NCBI GenBank assembly: GCA_964016885.1
Contig: OZ024744.1
Coordinates: 135,160,001-135,224,000 of the forward strand
DNA length: 64,000 nucleotides
Reading direction: 5' to 3'
Source of the DNA: Eledone cirrhosa
Lineage: Eukaryota
The translations under genes and the position numbers were made by a program. This document shows, in pieces, positions 62,001-64,000 of the stretch. The notes below the pieces were generated by a model. It had not been told where the DNA came from. It was given only the letters and a program-made list of their open reading frames with translations, and searched no databases. The number at the start of each line of letters is the position of its first letter. The first letter of the stretch is position 1.

Positions 62001-64000
62001 GTCAAATTAAGTTGGGGTTAAGTTAAGTTGGAGTTAAGTTAAGTTGGGGTTAAATTAAGTTGGGGTTAAGTTAAGTTGGGGTTAAATTAAGTTGGGGTTA
62101 AGTTAAGTTGGGGTTAAGTTAAGTTGGGGTTAAGTTAAGTTGGGGTTGAGTTAAGTTGGGGTTGAGTTAATTTGGGGTTAACTTAAGTTGGGGGTACTTA
62201 AGTTGGGTTTAAGTTAAGTGGGTTTAAGTTAAGTTGGGGTTAAGTTAAGTTGGGGTTAAGTTAAGTTGGGGTTAAGTTAGGATGTGGTTAAGTTAAGTTG
62301 GGGGTAAGTTAAGTTGGGGGTAAGTTAAGTTGGGGTTAATTTAAGTTGGGTCTAATTAAGTTGGGGTTAAGTTAAGTTGGGGTTAAGTTAAGTTGGGGTT
62401 AAATTAAGTTGGGGATAAGTTAAGTTGGGGTTAAGTTAAGTTGGGGGTAAGTTAAGTTGGTGGTAAGTTAAGTTGGGGGTAAGTTAAGATGGGGTTAAGT
62501 TAAGTTTGGGTTAAGTTAATTTGGGGTTAAGTTAGGGTTAAGTTAAGTTGGGGTTGAGTTAAGTTGGGGTTAAGTTAAGTTGGGGTTATGTTAAGTTGGG
62601 GTTAAGTTAAGTTGGGGTTAAGTTGAGTTGGGGTTGAGTTAAGTTGCGGTTAAGTTAAGTTGGGGTTAAGTTAAGTTGGGGTTAAGTTAAGTTGGGGTTA
62701 AGTTAAGTTGGGGTTAATTTAAGTTGGGGTTAAGTCAAGTTGGGGTTAAGTTAAGTTGGGGTTAAGTTAAGTTGGGGTTTAGTTAAGTTGGGGTTAAATT
62801 AAGTTGGGGTTAAGTTAAGTTGGGGTTAAGTTAAGTTGGGGTTAAGATAAGTTGGGGTTAAGTTAAGTTGGGGTTGAGATAAGTTGGGGTTGAGTTAATT
62901 TGGGGTTAACTTAAGTTGGGGTTAAGTTAAGTTGGGGTTAACTTAAGTTGGGGGTAAGTTAAGTTGGGGGTAAGTTAAGTTGGGGTTAATTTAAGTTGGG
63001 TCTAATTAAGTTCGGGTTAAGTTAAGTTGGAGTTAAGTTAAGTTGGGGTTAAATTAAGTTGGGGTTAAGTTAAGTTGGGGTTAAGTTAAGTTGGGGTTAA
63101 GTTAAGTTGGGGTTAAGTTGGGGGTAAGTTAAGTTGGTGGTAAGTTAAGTTGGGGTAAGTTAAGTTGGGGTTAAGTTAAGTTGGGGTTAAGTTAATTTGG
63201 GGTTAAGTTAGGGTTAAGTTAAGTTGGGGTTGAGTTAAGTTGGGGTTAAGTTAAGTTGGGGTTATGTTAAGTTGGGGTTAAGTTAAGTTGGGGTTAAGTT
63301 AAGTTGGGGTTAATTTAAGTTGGTGTTAAGTTAAGTTGGGGCTAAGTTAAGTTGGGGCTGAGTTAAGTTGGGGCTGAGTTAAGTTGGGGTTGAGTTAAGT
63401 TGGGGTTAAGTTAAGTTGTGGTTGAGTTAAGTTGGGGTTAAGTTAAGTTGGGGTTAAGTTAAGTTGGGGTTCAGTTAAGTTGGGGTTAAGTTAAGTTGGG
63501 GTTAAGATGGGGTTAAATTAAGTTGGGGTTAAGTTAAGTTGGGGTAAGTTAAGTTGGGGTTAAGTTAAGTTAGGGTTAAGTTAAGTCGGCGTTAAGTTAA
63601 GTCGGGGTTAAGTTAAGTTAGGGTTAAGTTAATTTGGGGTTAAGTTAAGTTGGGGTTGAGTTAAGTTGGGGTTGAGTTAAATTGGGGTGGAGTTAAGTTG
63701 GGGTTGAGTTAAGTTGGTGTTGAGTTAAGTTGGGGTTAAGTTAAGTTGGGGTTAAGTTAAGTTGCAGTTAAGTTAAGTTGAGGTTAAGTTAAGTTGGGGT
63801 TAAGTTAAGTTGGGGTTAAGTTAAGTTGGGGCTTAGTTAAGTTGGGGCTAAGTTAAGTTGGGGCTAAGTTAAGTTGGGGTTCAGTTAAGTTGGGGTTAAG
63901 TTAAGTTTGGGTTAAGTTGGGGTTAAATTAAGTTGGGGTTAAGTTAAGTTGGGGTTTAGTTAAGTTGGGGTTAAGTTAAGTTGGGGTTAAGTTAAGTTGG
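59090..64000 (+). repeat. Dispersed copy of about 43500-48340 (offset 15591-15671 bp, constant 15660 over the last 3.3 kb or so)
   Basis: Lines 45121-48301 match lines 60781-63961 column for column, including the rare variants AAGTCAAG, GAGATAAG, TTCGGG, GTCGGC and GGCTTAG. TTTAGATAAG at 44550/60221 gives offset 15671. Confidence 0.9.

Larger units (their letters stand above)
1..64000 (+). repeat. 16-bp G/T-rich tandem satellite, consensus TTAAGTTAAGTTGGGG, about 4,000 monomers, running off both window edges
   Basis: The monomer is visible on every line. The consensus has 6 T, 6 G, 4 A and no C, and the G-rich strand is always the + strand. Variants are substitutions, 1-bp indels and 11-bp monomers that lack one pentamer. 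Confidence 0.99.

Noticed and set aside
1-64000. Protein-coding ORFs or a repetitive protein gene
   Set aside because: TTAA is palindromic, so TAA occurs twice per monomer on both strands. Because 16 is not a multiple of 3, every frame meets a stop within about three monomers.
1-64000. CRISPR array or other repeat-spacer system
   Set aside because: There are no unique spacers. All sequence between recurring motifs is the same 16-bp monomer or point variants of it.
1-64000. Canonical telomerase-made tract (TTAGGG, TTAGG or TTGGGG)n
   Set aside because: These motifs never form pure tandem runs. Variant strings inherited over kilobases indicate DNA-templated copying rather than fresh telomerase addition in this part of the array.
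1-64000. Variants as random sequencing errors
   Set aside because: The same rare variants recur in the same order at constant offsets in several copies, which random errors would not do. Singleton variants remain unverified.
1-64000. Promoter, ribosome-binding or terminator motifs such as GGAG variants and short palindromes
   Set aside because: They are chance products of monomer substitutions, with no adjacent gene or stable hairpin plus U-tract.
1-64000. Assignment to a species, a named satellite or a centromere
   Set aside because: There is no unique flanking sequence, and the similarity to insect or ciliate telomere motifs is too short to identify a taxon or function.

Overview
The whole 64 kb window is one uninterrupted, single-orientation tandem satellite array of about 4,000 monomers. 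The 16-bp consensus is TTAAGTTAAGTTGGGG (reverse complement CCCCAACTTAACTTAA), built from two TTAAG pentamers plus TTGGGG. I see no genes, RNA genes, transposons, CRISPR spacers, unique sequence or inversions. The interest lies in the variant monomers. They are not random: they recur as ordered cassettes, including a 15-monomer, 237-bp higher-order unit, and these cassettes are shuffled and copied in nested tandem and dispersed duplications with offsets from 144 bp to about 22.7 kb. Some variants are confined to particular parts of the array. The monomer resembles compound telomeric motifs, so this may be a telomere-derived or subtelomeric satellite kept up by recombination, but the organism and chromosomal position cannot be determined from this window. 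All offsets were derived by eye from rare marker variants, and block boundaries are approximate.
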